A stretch of DNA of 64,000 bases from Acidimicrobiaceae bacterium. GTDB taxonomy: Bacteria > Actinomycetota > Acidimicrobiia > Acidimicrobiales > Aldehydirespiratoraceae. The position numbers were made by a program, and so were the translations under genes. Under the pieces are notes generated by a model that saw only the letters and a program-made list of their open reading frames with translations, was not told where the DNA came from and made no database searches. Shown piece after piece: positions 1 through 9,722 of the stretch. Position 1 is the first letter of the stretch, and the number at the start of each line of letters is the position of its first letter. The DNA lies in assembly GCA_026706815.1 (NCBI GenBank), contig JAPOYA010000005.1, positions 2,720 to 66,719 of the forward strand, written 5' to 3'.

Positions 1-303
1 CCGCAGGGCCGAGTCTCCCCGGCCGATGCCGCAGACCGTGCGGTTGCCGAACATGTCGTTGAGCGTGGCGAACAGCGAAGCGGTGACGGTCCAGTCGCGG
101 GTGCCGGGGTTGGTCACCATCGGCCCCACCATCATCTTGTTGGTCGCCGACAGCATCTGGCTGTAGACGACGAAGGGCTCCTGCCACAGCACATGGCTGT
201 CGAACGTCCAGCCATGGCTGAAGCCCAAGGTCTCAGCCCGCTGTGCGAGATCCACCACCCGCCAGGCGGGGGGATCAGTTTGGAGGACAACGCCGAAGTC
301 CAT
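1..303 (-). CDS. LLM-class (luciferase-like) F420-dependent oxidoreductase, N-terminal 101 codons; the gene runs off the window edge
   Basis: Own minus-strand translation from the ATG (complement of 301-303): MDFGVVLQTDPPAWRVVDLAQRAETLGFSHGWTFDSHVLWQEPFVVYSQMLSATNKMMVGPMVTNPGTRDWTVTASLFATLNDMFGNRTVCGIGRGDSALR. This is a typical luciferase-like/F420 oxidoreductase N-terminus. It is absent from the ORF track because the window truncates it. Confidence 0.6.
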   Translation of the reverse strand, partial: MDFGVVLQTDPPAWRVVDLAQRAETLGFSHGWTFDSHVLWQEPFVVYSQMLSATNKMMVGPMVTNPGTRDWTVTASLFATLNDMFGNRTVCGIGRGDSALR

Positions 304-339
304 GAATGCTCCCGGGATATGCGTCTACTGGATATGCGC

Positions 340-1764
340 CTACTGGAGGTATTGGCAGAGGCTGCGAGGAAGGTAGCGACCGTCGCCTTTGCGCCCCAGA
401 TAATGTCCGTTGTCCACGATCACCTTGCCCCGTGACAGAACCGTGTCGACATGGCCGGTCACCTCGACTCCCTCATAGGCGGAGTGGTCCATGTTCATGT
501 GGTGGTTGTCGACGCTGATCGTCCAGACCTTGTCGGGGTCGTAGACCACGATGTCGGCGTCTGAGCCGGCGGCGATGATCCCCTTGCGCGGATAGAGGCC
601 CATCATGCGGGCCGGCGTGGTGGCGCACAGTTCCACCCAGCGGGCGAGTCCGATCTCGCCGGTGCGCACGCCCTGGTAGATCATGTCCATGCGGTGCTCG
701 ACTCCGCCGATGCCGTTGGGGATGGCGCGGAAGTCATCGAGCCCGAGCTCTTTCTGCTCCTTCATGCAGAACGGGCAGTGGTCGGTGGACACGACGGCCA
801 GATCGTTGCTGCGCAGCCCCCTCCACAGCTCCTGTTGGTGGTGCTCGCGGTGTGAGCGCAATGGGGTCGAGCAGACATAGGCAGCACCCTCGAAACCGGG
901 TCGGTCGAGGTGATCCTCCAGGCTGAAGTACAGGTATTGGGGGCACGTCTCGGCGAACACGTTCATGTCGCGGTCGCGGGCGATCGCCACCTGCTCGAGG
1001 GCCTCGCGCGCCGACAGATGCACGATGTAGAGCGGGGCAGCCCCCACCTTGGCCAGTTGGATTGCCCGATGGGTGGCCTCGGACTCCAGCTCCTTGCGCC
1101 GCACGTAGCCGTGGTTCACCGGGCTGGTGTCGCCGCGCTCGAAGGCCTGCTCGGCCAACACGTCGATGGCCAGCCCGTTCTCGGCGTGCATCATGATGAG
1201 CCCGCCGTTGCCCGCGGCTTGCTGCATGGCCCGCAGGATCTGGCCGTCGTCGGAATAGAACACCCCGGGGTAGGCCATGAACAGCTTGAAGCTGGTGATT
1301 CCCTCGTCGACGAGCAGATCCATCTCCTTGAGGGAGTCGTTGGTGACGTCGCCGATGATCATGTGAAAGCCGTAGTCCACGGCGCAGTTGCCCTCGGCTT
1401 TGGCCATCCACACATCGAGGCTGTCGCGGACGGCTTCGCCGTAGCGCTGGACCGCGAAGTCCACAATGGTGGTGGTGCCGCCCCAGGCCGCGGCCCGGGT
1501 GCCCGATTCGAAGTCGTCGGAGGCCTCCGTGCCTCCGAAGGGCAGCTCCATGTGGGTATGGACGTCCACACCGCCGGGCACCACCAGCTTGCCGCCGGCG
1601 TCGATGACCTGAGCGCTCGCTTCGGCTGCGGTGGCGATGGCGCTGCCGGGTTGCAGGACAGCGGCTATCTGTTCTCCGTCGATCAGCACTTCCGCGGGAG
1701 CGGCGCCGGTGGGGGCGACCACGGTGCCTCCTTTGATCAGTGTCGTCATGTCGGTCTTCTCCAA
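340..1764 (-). CDS. dihydropyrimidinase / D-hydantoinase (cyclic amidohydrolase)
   Basis: 474-aa ORF with LIKGGTVV and GGVDVHTHMELPFGG metal-binding motifs. It lies directly downstream of a CN-hydrolase carbamoylase. The start may be the internal MTTLIKGG. Confidence 0.85.
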   Translation of the reverse strand: MEKTDMTTLIKGGTVVAPTGAAPAEVLIDGEQIAAVLQPGSAIATAAEASAQVIDAGGKLVVPGGVDVHTHMELPFGGTEASDDFESGTRAAAWGGTTTIVDFAVQRYGEAVRDSLDVWMAKAEGNCAVDYGFHMIIGDVTNDSLKEMDLLVDEGITSFKLFMAYPGVFYSDDGQILRAMQQAAGNGGLIMMHAENGLAIDVLAEQAFERGDTSPVNHGYVRRKELESEATHRAIQLAKVGAAPLYIVHLSAREALEQVAIARDRDMNVFAETCPQYLYFSLEDHLDRPGFEGAAYVCSTPLRSHREHHQQELWRGLRSNDLAVVSTDHCPFCMKEQKELGLDDFRAIPNGIGGVEHRMDMIYQGVRTGEIGLARWVELCATTPARMMGLYPRKGIIAAGSDADIVVYDPDKVWTISVDNHHMNMDHSAYEGVEVTGHVDTVLSRGKVIVDNGHYLGRKGDGRYLPRSLCQYLQ

Positions 1765-1782
1765 TACTTGCGGTTCAGCGGC

Positions 1783-2625
1783 TCAGGGTGCTGTCAGCCC
1801 TCCGTACATGTCGGGCCGGCGGTCGCGGTAGAACGCCCACTGGTCGCGGACCTCTGCGATCTCGGCGAGGTCCAGCTCGCGTATCACCAACTCCTCGGCC
1901 CGGTCCGAGGCGGCGCCGTCGAGGATCTGGCCTCGCGGGGTGGCAAAGTAGGAAGTCCCGTAGAAGTCGTTGTCGCCCAGGGGCTCTACCCCTACCCGGT
2001 TGATGGCGCCCACGAAGTACATGTTGGCGGCTGCCGAGGAAGTCTGCTCGAGTTGCCAGAGATAGGCCGAAAGCCCGCGGCTGGTAGCCGAGGGGTTGAA
2101 GACGATCTGCGCGCCGCCGAGCCCCAGGGCTCGCCAACCCTCGGGAAAGTGCCGGTCGTAGCAGATGTAGACGGCCACTCTCCCGACTGCCGTGTCGAAT
2201 ACCGGATAACCCAGATTTCCGGGGCGAAAATAGAACTTCTCCCAGAATCCCTTCACCTGAGGGATGTGAGTCTTTCGGTATTTGCCCAGGTAGGAACCGT
2301 CCGCGTCGATGACTGCGGCCGTGTTGTACAGGATTCCTGGCTGTTCCTGCTCGTACATGGGCAGCACGATCACCATTTCATGGCGAGCGGCCAACTCTTG
2401 GAAGCGCTTCGTGGTTGGACCGTCGGGAACGGCCTCGGCGTACGAGTAGAACTCAGTGTCTTGGACCTGGCAGAAGTAGGGCCCGTAGAACAGCTCTTGA
2501 AAGCACATGACCTGAGTGCCTGCGGCAGCGGCTTCCGCAACGTATTTCTCGTGGACCTCGATCATCGATTCTTTGTCGCCCGTCCACGCAACTTGCACGA
2601 TCGCCGCGTTCACTGTGTCAGCCAT
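1783..2625 (-). CDS. beta-ureidopropionase / N-carbamoyl-amino-acid amidohydrolase (CN-hydrolase superfamily)
   Basis: 280-aa ORF with a nitrilase-superfamily pattern (MCFQELF, catalytic-Cys region VYICYDRHFPEGWR). It is 18 nt upstream of the dihydropyrimidinase on the same strand. Confidence 0.8.
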   Translation of the reverse strand: MADTVNAAIVQVAWTGDKESMIEVHEKYVAEAAAAGTQVMCFQELFYGPYFCQVQDTEFYSYAEAVPDGPTTKRFQELAARHEMVIVLPMYEQEQPGILYNTAAVIDADGSYLGKYRKTHIPQVKGFWEKFYFRPGNLGYPVFDTAVGRVAVYICYDRHFPEGWRALGLGGAQIVFNPSATSRGLSAYLWQLEQTSSAAANMYFVGAINRVGVEPLGDNDFYGTSYFATPRGQILDGAASDRAEELVIRELDLAEIAEVRDQWAFYRDRRPDMYGGLTAP

Positions 2626-2763
2626 TCGCCCTCTCCCTTCTCCCGCTGTTTCTCCAGCTTCTCCCTGACGTCGGCGCGCAGCCGACCCTGGTCTCCGTGG
2701 CTCTGCTGAATTGACTGTAGTTCAAGTTCTTCCCTCGTTCCCGAGCTTCTCTGTGCTGTTGTC

Positions 2764-3219
2764 TCAGTCGCCCATTGCCTCGGCGGCCCGGCGGGCCAGT
2801 TCGTCATGGTCCACGTCCTCCACACGGGTTGCGACACCCCAGCGGTGTCCCCAGGGATCGAGGAACTGTCCGGCGCGGTCGCCGTAGAATTGCTTTGAGA
2901 CCGGGCGCAGTTCGGTCGCCCCCGCCGCCAACGCGGCCGCGAAAGTCGCATCCACATCCTCCACGTAGACGTTCAGCGACACTGCCGTCCCGCCGAGAGT
3001 CTTGGGGCCGACCACTCCGATTTCGGCGTATTCGTCGGAGATCATCACCAGCGAGTCGTCAAACTCCAACTCGGCATGTCCGACCTTGCCCCCGTCTGGA
3101 ATGCGCATCCGCTCGGTGGCGCCGAGCACGCTTGTATAGAACTCGATGGCATCGTTCGCTCCGTCGACGCAGAGCGCGGGAGTCAGTTTCGGGTAGTCGT
3201 CCGGAATCGGATTCGCCAT
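2764..3219 (-). CDS. VOC (glyoxalase/bleomycin-resistance) family protein, PhnB-like
   Basis: 151-aa ORF. The segments LTPALCVDGANDAIEFYTSVLGA...GKVGHAELEFDDSLVMISDEY and DPWGHRWGV are typical of PhnB-like VOC proteins. Confidence 0.7.
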   Translation of the reverse strand: MANPIPDDYPKLTPALCVDGANDAIEFYTSVLGATERMRIPDGGKVGHAELEFDDSLVMISDEYAEIGVVGPKTLGGTAVSLNVYVEDVDATFAAALAAGATELRPVSKQFYGDRAGQFLDPWGHRWGVATRVEDVDHDELARRAAEAMGD

Positions 3220-3312
3220 TGGCTGTTCTCCTTTCGAGCAGGCATTGAGCAGGCGAGTGAAGACCGATAGTATCCGCGGCTGTTCGTCGATGGACAGCGA
3301 TGCGGGGGATCA

Positions 3313-4479
3313 GTGCCAGACGCCAAGAGTACGGGACTGGAGCTCCTGGGCGCTGCGGGCGTGACTGTCGGCGGTGACAGGCCCCAGGACATCCATGTCC
3401 ACGACGACCGGCTCTGGTCGCGGGTTCTCAGGGACCGGGAACTGGGTCTGGGCGAGTCGTACATGGATGGCTGGTGGGACGCCAACCGACTCGACGAGTT
3501 CTTGACCGTCGTCCAGACAGCCGATCTCCGGTCAATGGTGACGCCGAGCCCCCAGTTGCTGGTCATGGGGGTCAAGGCCGCGATCATGAACCAGCAGTCG
3601 AAGGCGAGGGCCCGCCGCAACGCACGGGCCCATTACAACATCGGCAACGACCTGTACGAGCGAATGCTCGACAAGCGGATGATCTACTCGTGCGCTTATT
3701 GGCGCGACGTCGCCGAAGACGGCGATCCCTGCTCTGCAGGCTCAGAAGACGGGGTGGAGCGCACTGCTCTGGATCGGGCACAAGAAGCCAAGCTGGATCT
3801 CATTTGCCGGAAATTGGGCCTTGAACCGGGGATGACGCTGCTTGACATCGGCTGTGGCTGGGGTGGTTTCGCACAGTTCGCGGCAGAGCGCTGCCGGGTT
3901 GAGGTGACGGGAATATCCCCAGCTGAAGAGCAGACAGTCCTCGCGAGGCAACGTTGCAGCGGCCTGCCGGTGAGGATTGTGCAGGCCGACTATCGCGATC
4001 TCGAAGGCGCCTATGACCGCATCACCTCGATTGGAATGATGGAGCATGTGGGCCCGAAGAACCTGCCCACCTTCTTCGACAAGTGCCGCGACCTCCTGAA
4101 TCCCGACGGGATGATGCTGCACCACACCATCGGCTCGAACGACTGGCGCACGTCGGGCGACCCCTGGTTCGATCGGTACATCTTTCCGGGTGGCGTCCTG
4201 CCCTCGCTCGGCCAGATCGCCAAAGCGGCGCAATCCCACTGGACGATCGAGGACGTCCACAACTTCGGTCCGTACTACACGCGCACGCTGTCGGCTTGGG
4301 ACGCCAACATTTCATCCCGCTGGCATGAGATCCCGCACTATGACGAGCGTTTCCGGCGGATGTGGCACTACTACTTGATGAGTTCGGCAGCGGGCTTCCA
4401 AGCACGCGCCATTCAGCTCTGGCAGATCGTGTTCACTCGGTCCAAACGCGGTCTGCCGATCTGGACTCCGGTCCGCTGA
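3313..4479 (+). CDS. cfa: cyclopropane-fatty-acyl-phospholipid synthase family methyltransferase
   Basis: 388-aa ORF with HYNIGNDLYERMLD and the SAM-binding LLDIGCGWGG motif. The C-terminal WHYYLMSSAAGFQAR segment is typical of the CFA/mycolic-acid cyclopropane synthase family. Confidence 0.85.
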   Translation: MPDAKSTGLELLGAAGVTVGGDRPQDIHVHDDRLWSRVLRDRELGLGESYMDGWWDANRLDEFLTVVQTADLRSMVTPSPQLLVMGVKAAIMNQQSKARARRNARAHYNIGNDLYERMLDKRMIYSCAYWRDVAEDGDPCSAGSEDGVERTALDRAQEAKLDLICRKLGLEPGMTLLDIGCGWGGFAQFAAERCRVEVTGISPAEEQTVLARQRCSGLPVRIVQADYRDLEGAYDRITSIGMMEHVGPKNLPTFFDKCRDLLNPDGMMLHHTIGSNDWRTSGDPWFDRYIFPGGVLPSLGQIAKAAQSHWTIEDVHNFGPYYTRTLSAWDANISSRWHEIPHYDERFRRMWHYYLMSSAAGFQARAIQLWQIVFTRSKRGLPIWTPVR

Positions 4480-4504
4480 CGCTCAGCGCGGATTCACAGA
4501 AGTC

Positions 4505-5815
4505 TCAGAACTGCTGCTCCTCGGTGCTGCCCTTGAGCGCCAGAGTCGATGCTGTGCCACCGGAGATCACCGTCGCCACATCGTCGAAGTAGCCCGCCCC
4601 GACCTCGCGTTGGTGGCGCGTGGCGGTGTAGCCCCCGCCTTCCATCGCGAATTCGCGTTGCTGCAATTCGACATAGGCCGACATGTCTGAAGAGTTGTAG
4701 CCCTGTGCCAGCTCGAAGGCGGAGGCGTTGAGGGCGTGCCATCCCGCGAGGGTGATGAACTGGAATGCATAGCCCATTGAGCCCAGCTCCTTTTGGAACT
4801 TGGCGATCGTCGTGTCATCCAGCGCTGCAGACCAGTTGAACGACGGAGAGCAGTTGTAGGCCAGCAACTTGCCGGGATGCTCGGCATGGATCGCCTCGGC
4901 GAAGCGTCGCGCTTCGTTGAGATCGGGTGTGGACGTCTCGCACCAGATCAGGTCGCAGTAGGGGGCGTACGCGAGGCTGCGCTTGATGGGCGTTGCCAGA
5001 CCCGGCTCGGTGTAGAAGAAACCCTCTGCCGAGCGGTCACCGGTGAGGAACTCGCGGTCCCGTTCGTCGATATCGCTGGTGATGAGGTTGGCGCCGAGCG
5101 CGTCCGTTCGGGCAACAATGATCGTGTCGACGCCGGCCACGTCTGCAGCCAGGCGAGCCGCGGTCAGAGTTGAAATGTGCTGCTGGGTCGGGATCAGCAC
5201 CTTTCCTCCCATGTGGCCGCACTTTTTGGCTGAACTCAGCTGGTCTTCCCAATGAACCCCGGCGGCGCCGGCCTCGATCATCGACTTCATCAGCTCAAAG
5301 GCGTTGAGAGGCCCGCCGAAGCCGGCTTCTGCGTCCGCCACGATCGGCAGCAGGTAGTCCACGTTGGGGGAGCCAGACGTCTCTGACCATTCGATCTGAT
5401 CGGCGCGTCGCAAAGCGTTGTTGATCCGAGCCACGACCGAGGGCACTGAATTCGACGGGTACAGCGACTGGTCGGGATACACATGGCCCGAGAGGTTCGC
5501 GTCGCCTGCGACCTGCCAGCCCGACAGGTAGACGGCCGGGAGGCCGGCTTTGGCGTACTGGATGGCCTGGCCGCCGGTCATGGCGCCCAGGGCGTGTACA
5601 TAGTCCATCGTCTGAAGCCGGCGCCAAAGCTTGGCCGCTCCCTGTCTGGCCAGTGTCAGCTCAGGGGTTACCGAGCCGCGTAGGCGCACGACGTCCGCGG
5701 CCGTGTAGTCGCGGGCGAGCCCGGCCCAACGCTCATTGGCAGCCCAGTCCGCAGAGAGCGCTGTCACCTGCTCGTCGAAGCTGGGATTCTTGGACTTTGG
5801 CGGATTGGCGGTCAT
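4505..5815 (-). CDS. aceA: isocitrate lyase
   Basis: The ORF track gives 4505..5953. I trimmed the start to MTANPPKS (ATG, complement of 5813-5815). The KKCGHMGGK catalytic motif is present and the length then fits ICL (about 436 aa). Confidence 0.9.
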   Translation of the reverse strand: MTANPPKSKNPSFDEQVTALSADWAANERWAGLARDYTAADVVRLRGSVTPELTLARQGAAKLWRRLQTMDYVHALGAMTGGQAIQYAKAGLPAVYLSGWQVAGDANLSGHVYPDQSLYPSNSVPSVVARINNALRRADQIEWSETSGSPNVDYLLPIVADAEAGFGGPLNAFELMKSMIEAGAAGVHWEDQLSSAKKCGHMGGKVLIPTQQHISTLTAARLAADVAGVDTIIVARTDALGANLITSDIDERDREFLTGDRSAEGFFYTEPGLATPIKRSLAYAPYCDLIWCETSTPDLNEARRFAEAIHAEHPGKLLAYNCSPSFNWSAALDDTTIAKFQKELGSMGYAFQFITLAGWHALNASAFELAQGYNSSDMSAYVELQQREFAMEGGGYTATRHQREVGAGYFDDVATVISGGTASTLALKGSTEEQQF

Positions 5816-5876
5816 CTGATGCCTCCTGGTCTCTGTGTATTCGTTCGGGGTATGCGTTCGGGCAGCGACTCGGTGT

Positions 5877-7433
5877 TCACAACAGCCGGCAGGCCTCGGT
5901 GGTGAGGAACTCGTGGTAGTCGCCGGTTGTGGTGAGCTTCTGAAGCAGTTCACGTGCCTCGACGAAGCGCCCAGTCGCCCACGCCGCTTCGCCGAGTTCG
6001 ATGCGCAGCATCTCGGTCTCTTCGTCTATGAGCTGATCCAGCAGCCTGTGGTCAAGAGTGAGTCCGTTCGAGAGCTGCACCTGGTGATGGCGCCACTGCC
6101 AGAGTTGTGCTCGGCACACCTCGGCCATGGCAGTGTCTTCGAGGTGGTCGTCGATCGGAACGGCCGCGTTGCCGACGAGCCACTCGCCGAGATAGCGGAC
6201 CACGATGCGGATGTTGGTGCGTACGCCGACCTCGGAGACCGAGCCGCGGGCACAGGACACGGCGAGCAGGTCTCCGGCTGTGACATAGACGTCGTCTCGT
6301 TGTCGTTCAACCTGGTTTGGCCTGTTGCCGAGCACCTTGTCGAACTCGGCGGCGGCGGTGGGAACGATCTGGGGCACCGCGATCCGGGTTCCGTCGAAGC
6401 CGTCTCCCGCTTCGCGTCGTTTGTCCGCCGCAACCCCGCGCAGCGCGCCCGCCGTGCGCGTCGGGTCGTCGGCGTCGGGAATGACCCCCGACATGCCGCC
6501 TATGGCGTGGGCGCCGCGGCGATGACAAGTCGATACCAACAACTCGGTGAAAGCTCGCATGAACGGAGTTCTGACCGTTATCTGGTCGCGGTCCGGAAGC
6601 AGGAAGTCAGGGTTGTTCCGGAAGGTCTTGGCGACGCTGAAGAGATAGTCCCAGTTGCCGGCGTGGAGGCCGGTGATGCGGTCGCGCAACTCGAACAGGA
6701 TTTCGTCCATCTCAAAGGCTGCCAAGATGGTCTCGACCAGCACCGTGACCCGGATGGCGCCGCGTTGCAGATCGAAGCGGTCCTCTGTGTAGTCGAACAC
6801 CTGGTTCCAGAGGCGGGCGTCCGCTCGGCCTTCCAGTTTCGGGAGGTAGAAGTACGGCCCGCTGCCGTGTTCGATCGCGGTGTCGAAATTATGGAAGAAG
6901 CAAAGCCCGAAGTCGGCCAGGGCTGCCGAGATCGGCCGACCGTCGACGGTTATGCGCGACTCGTCGAGATGCCATGCCCGGGTGCGCACCATCAGGGCGG
7001 CTGACTGATCGTCGAGGTCCGTCAACTCGCCTGCGTAGGCCGCTTTGACGTTGGCCTGGCCGGTCAGAATGTTGTGCCAGGTGGGCGACGTCGCGTCTTC
7101 GAAGTCAGCCATGAAGACCTTGGCGCCCGAATTCAGGGCTTCGATCATGAACTCGGCGGTGACCGGGCCGGTGACCTCGGTGCGGCGGTCCGCGAGGTCG
7201 GGCGGGGGAGGGGCGACGCCCCACTCGCCTGAGCGGATGTGCGCTGTCTCGGGCCGGAAGGCTGGAAGGCGGCCGGCGTCGATTTGTCTTTGGCGGATGA
7301 CTCGGTCTGCCAGCAGTCTCTGCCTCCCCGACTCGAAATTGTGGTGCAGGTCTGAGAGGAAGTCGGCTGCCTGCTCGGTCACGATCGCGTCGGCCAAGGG
7401 GTGGGGTGTTACGGCGCAGCGAGGCAGTGTCAT
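5877..7433 (-). CDS. aceB: malate synthase A
   Basis: 522-aa ORF 5877..7445 with an ATG at 7433 (MTLPRC). It has the malate synthase A pattern throughout (for example [10 protein letters not shown]) and sits upstream of aceA on the same strand. Confidence 0.9.
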   Translation of the reverse strand: MTLPRCAVTPHPLADAIVTEQAADFLSDLHHNFESGRQRLLADRVIRQRQIDAGRLPAFRPETAHIRSGEWGVAPPPPDLADRRTEVTGPVTAEFMIEALNSGAKVFMADFEDATSPTWHNILTGQANVKAAYAGELTDLDDQSAALMVRTRAWHLDESRITVDGRPISAALADFGLCFFHNFDTAIEHGSGPYFYLPKLEGRADARLWNQVFDYTEDRFDLQRGAIRVTVLVETILAAFEMDEILFELRDRITGLHAGNWDYLFSVAKTFRNNPDFLLPDRDQITVRTPFMRAFTELLVSTCHRRGAHAIGGMSGVIPDADDPTRTAGALRGVAADKRREAGDGFDGTRIAVPQIVPTAAAEFDKVLGNRPNQVERQRDDVYVTAGDLLAVSCARGSVSEVGVRTNIRIVVRYLGEWLVGNAAVPIDDHLEDTAMAEVCRAQLWQWRHHQVQLSNGLTLDHRLLDQLIDEETEMLRIELGEAAWATGRFVEARELLQKLTTTGDYHEFLTTEACRLL

Positions 7434-7445
7434 CGGCACAATCAA

Positions 7446-7538
7446 GTATGAGTTGCTTGGGTATAAATATTGCTAGAAATGTGTTGAAACATTCGTGTAT
7501 GAGTTTGCGATAATCAAAAAATCTGCCATTCTTGTACA
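7446..7538. promoter_or_regulatory. AT-rich divergent control region between aceB and the RamB-like regulator
   Basis: A 93-bp AT-rich spacer in a GC-rich genome. It holds the direct repeat GTATGAGTTGC / GTATGAGTTTGC (about 7447 and about 7497) and the inverted repeat AATGTgttgaaACATT (about 7477-7492). The TTTGC core resembles the published corynebacterial RamB box. Confidence 0.35.
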
Positions 7539-9017
7539 ATGGCAGACCAATTCGACCTACTTGTGCTGGGCAGCAGAGTGCGCCATGCACGTCGACGCGC
7601 CGGGGTCACGCTCGCCGAAGCCGGCGAACTCGTGAACCGCCCGGCGCCGTATCTGTCGCAACTCGAAACCGGCAAAGTCGAACCGAAGCTCACGCTCCTG
7701 GGCGAACTCGCCGAGATACTCGGTACGACAACGGCGGATTTTCTTTCTCCGGATCCCCCGAATCGCCGCGCATTCCTGGAGATCTCTCTGGCCCGTGCCC
7801 AAAGCGAGCCTGCCTATCGAGCACTCGGCTTGCCGCGCCTGAAACCCTCGGCCAAAGTCGCCGACGACGTCTTGGAGCATCTTGTCGCGCTCTGGGACGA
7901 ACTGGGCCGTCAGAGCAGCGAGATGCGACAGGACCGTCCGACCGAGGCCCGTTTCGCAGACGTCGCCAGGTCGGCCAACATCGCGCTGCGCGCCGAAATG
8001 CGCGAACGGGCAAATCACTATCCTGAAATCGAGGCGATCGCCGCACAGGCGCTCGCTGATGCCAACTACCCCGGAACCGGCCCGATCAGCGAGAGAGTCC
8101 TGACCGAGCTTGTGGCCAACCAGGGATTCACGATAGAACGGGTCCGTGCGATGCCCCCGACGGCGCGCAGCATCACCGACACCCGCGACAAGATCATCTT
8201 CATACCCGACCGAGGGGGACTGAAGATCCGCGAGGCCCGATCCGTGGTGCTGCACACACTCGGACATTTCGCGCTTGCGCACCACGAGACCAGCGACTTC
8301 GCCGAATACCTTCGCCAACGCATCGAGTCCAACTATTTCGCGGCGGCGGTTCTCGCCCCCGAAGGGCCGGCGGTCGACTTCCTTCGTGAAGCCCAAGCCG
8401 CTGACGACATCTCGGTAGAGGACCTGAAGGAGATCTTCTACATCTCATACGAGATGGCCGCCCACCGCTTCACCAATCTCGCCACGCGTCACCTGGGCAT
8501 CCCCTGCCACTTCCTGCGCACGGACAGGGAAGGCGTTGTCAACAAGGCCTACGAGAACGACGGGATCCGTTTTCCGGCGGCGCCCGATGGCGGTCTCGAG
8601 GGCCAACGGGTCCCGCGTCAGTGGGGGAGCCGCCAAGCTTGGAACGCTTCGGGGAGTTTTCTGCTGCACAGCCAGTTCACCGTCACCAACGGCGGGGAGT
8701 ACTTCTGCACCACGTACATCGAGACTGAAACGGACCGCTGGCCCCACGCCATCACGCTGGGCACAGCGGCGGAGCACGCGCACTATTTCCGCGGATCAGA
8801 CACGCTTCGCAAGGAATATGCGCGAGACCGCGAGATCGAACCGGATCCAGCCCTGGTGAGCGAATGGAAGGACATAACTTGGCCGTCGGCCGCGGAGCGC
8901 AGCCATGTGCTTTCCGCCCTTCCGCCCTCAGATCTCGAATTCAGTCCGTTCCCGGGAATCGACCTGCTCGACGTGTACAGATTTCTGGAGCGCCAACGGC
9001 GCAGCCGACGACCTTGA
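7539..9017 (+). CDS. ramB: XRE-family regulator with ImmA/IrrE-like and DUF2083-like domains (RamB/PrpR-type short-chain fatty acyl-CoA regulator)
   Basis: 492-aa ORF with an N-terminal HTH (LGSRVRHARRRAGVTLAEAGELV) and a long C-terminal domain carrying a His-rich segment (HTLGHFALAHHE). It is divergent from aceB-aceA, as ramB is from icl in mycobacteria and corynebacteria. Confidence 0.75.
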   Translation: MADQFDLLVLGSRVRHARRRAGVTLAEAGELVNRPAPYLSQLETGKVEPKLTLLGELAEILGTTTADFLSPDPPNRRAFLEISLARAQSEPAYRALGLPRLKPSAKVADDVLEHLVALWDELGRQSSEMRQDRPTEARFADVARSANIALRAEMRERANHYPEIEAIAAQALADANYPGTGPISERVLTELVANQGFTIERVRAMPPTARSITDTRDKIIFIPDRGGLKIREARSVVLHTLGHFALAHHETSDFAEYLRQRIESNYFAAAVLAPEGPAVDFLREAQAADDISVEDLKEIFYISYEMAAHRFTNLATRHLGIPCHFLRTDREGVVNKAYENDGIRFPAAPDGGLEGQRVPRQWGSRQAWNASGSFLLHSQFTVTNGGEYFCTTYIETETDRWPHAITLGTAAEHAHYFRGSDTLRKEYARDREIEPDPALVSEWKDITWPSAAERSHVLSALPPSDLEFSPFPGIDLLDVYRFLERQRRSRRP

Positions 9018-9041
9018 CAGCCGACGATCCAGACGACGGTC

Positions 9042-9686
9042 TCATCGCGCCGCCAGCAGCACCTGGTCGATTGCCGCGGTCGCAATGTGGACCAGTTCTC
9101 TGCGTCCGGTGCCGACGGCCACCGCGATCACATCGGTTCCAACCGCTTGCAGTCGTCCGTCGACGCATTCATCTCCGACGGTCACCACAACACTCGCTTG
9201 GTCGGCGACCAGCTCGTCGAGCGTGTCTGCCAGAACCACCGGTGACAGTCGGCGCGCGCCGGTCACGGGGCGGTCTGTCGGCGAGGTTCTTATCGTGGCG
9301 ACCGCCCTGGTCGGGATGAGCAGGTCGCCTTCGCGGCCGCGCAGGAAGACAAAGTCAGAGCCGACAGCAATGACCTGGCCCTCGCAGACCTGTCCACCAG
9401 CGGTTTTGACCGTTGTCGGCAGGCATCGCTCGGCCAGATCGAGAAGCACTCCAGCGACACAGGACTCCTGCGTTGCCTGCTGTTCAAGTGATCGCTGACG
9501 GGCTCGGGAAGAGGCAGCTTCATCGACTCGGCAATCGGCCAGCCAGCCGGACAAGTCGGCAAGGGCGTCGTCGCAGTCGCTGTCGATCGGCTTCCTGTAG
9601 GTCGTACTCGACCACCATGCCGTCGACGCATTGGCGGCGTCGTCGCAGTCGCTGTCGATCGGCTTCCTGTAGAGCTTTCTGTTCAT
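9042..9686 (-). CDS. hypothetical protein; N-terminus carries a repeated YRKPIDSDCDDA peptide
   Basis: 214-aa ORF with no recognised family. The start is uncertain, because the 36-bp DNA repeats at 9565-9600 and 9637-9672 could instead lie in the promoter region shared with phoH. Confidence 0.4.
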   Translation of the reverse strand: MNRKLYRKPIDSDCDDAANASTAWWSSTTYRKPIDSDCDDALADLSGWLADCRVDEAASSRARQRSLEQQATQESCVAGVLLDLAERCLPTTVKTAGGQVCEGQVIAVGSDFVFLRGREGDLLIPTRAVATIRTSPTDRPVTGARRLSPVVLADTLDELVADQASVVVTVGDECVDGRLQAVGTDVIAVAVGTGRRELVHIATAAIDQVLLAAR

Positions 9687-9722
9687 GAAATCCCGAGGGT
9701 AGCGCTAATATCAAGGTGACCG

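Noticed and set aside
910-2709. 599-aa plus-strand ORF overlapping the dihydropyrimidinase and carbamoylase genes. Similar long antisense ORFs include 5835..7004, 19032..19811, 39082..40146, 52668..53816 and 53883..55301.
   Set aside because: These are shadow ORFs typical of high-GC DNA. They are Arg/Gly/Ala/Pro-rich with no recognisable motifs, and each overlaps a gene with strong family signatures on the other strand.
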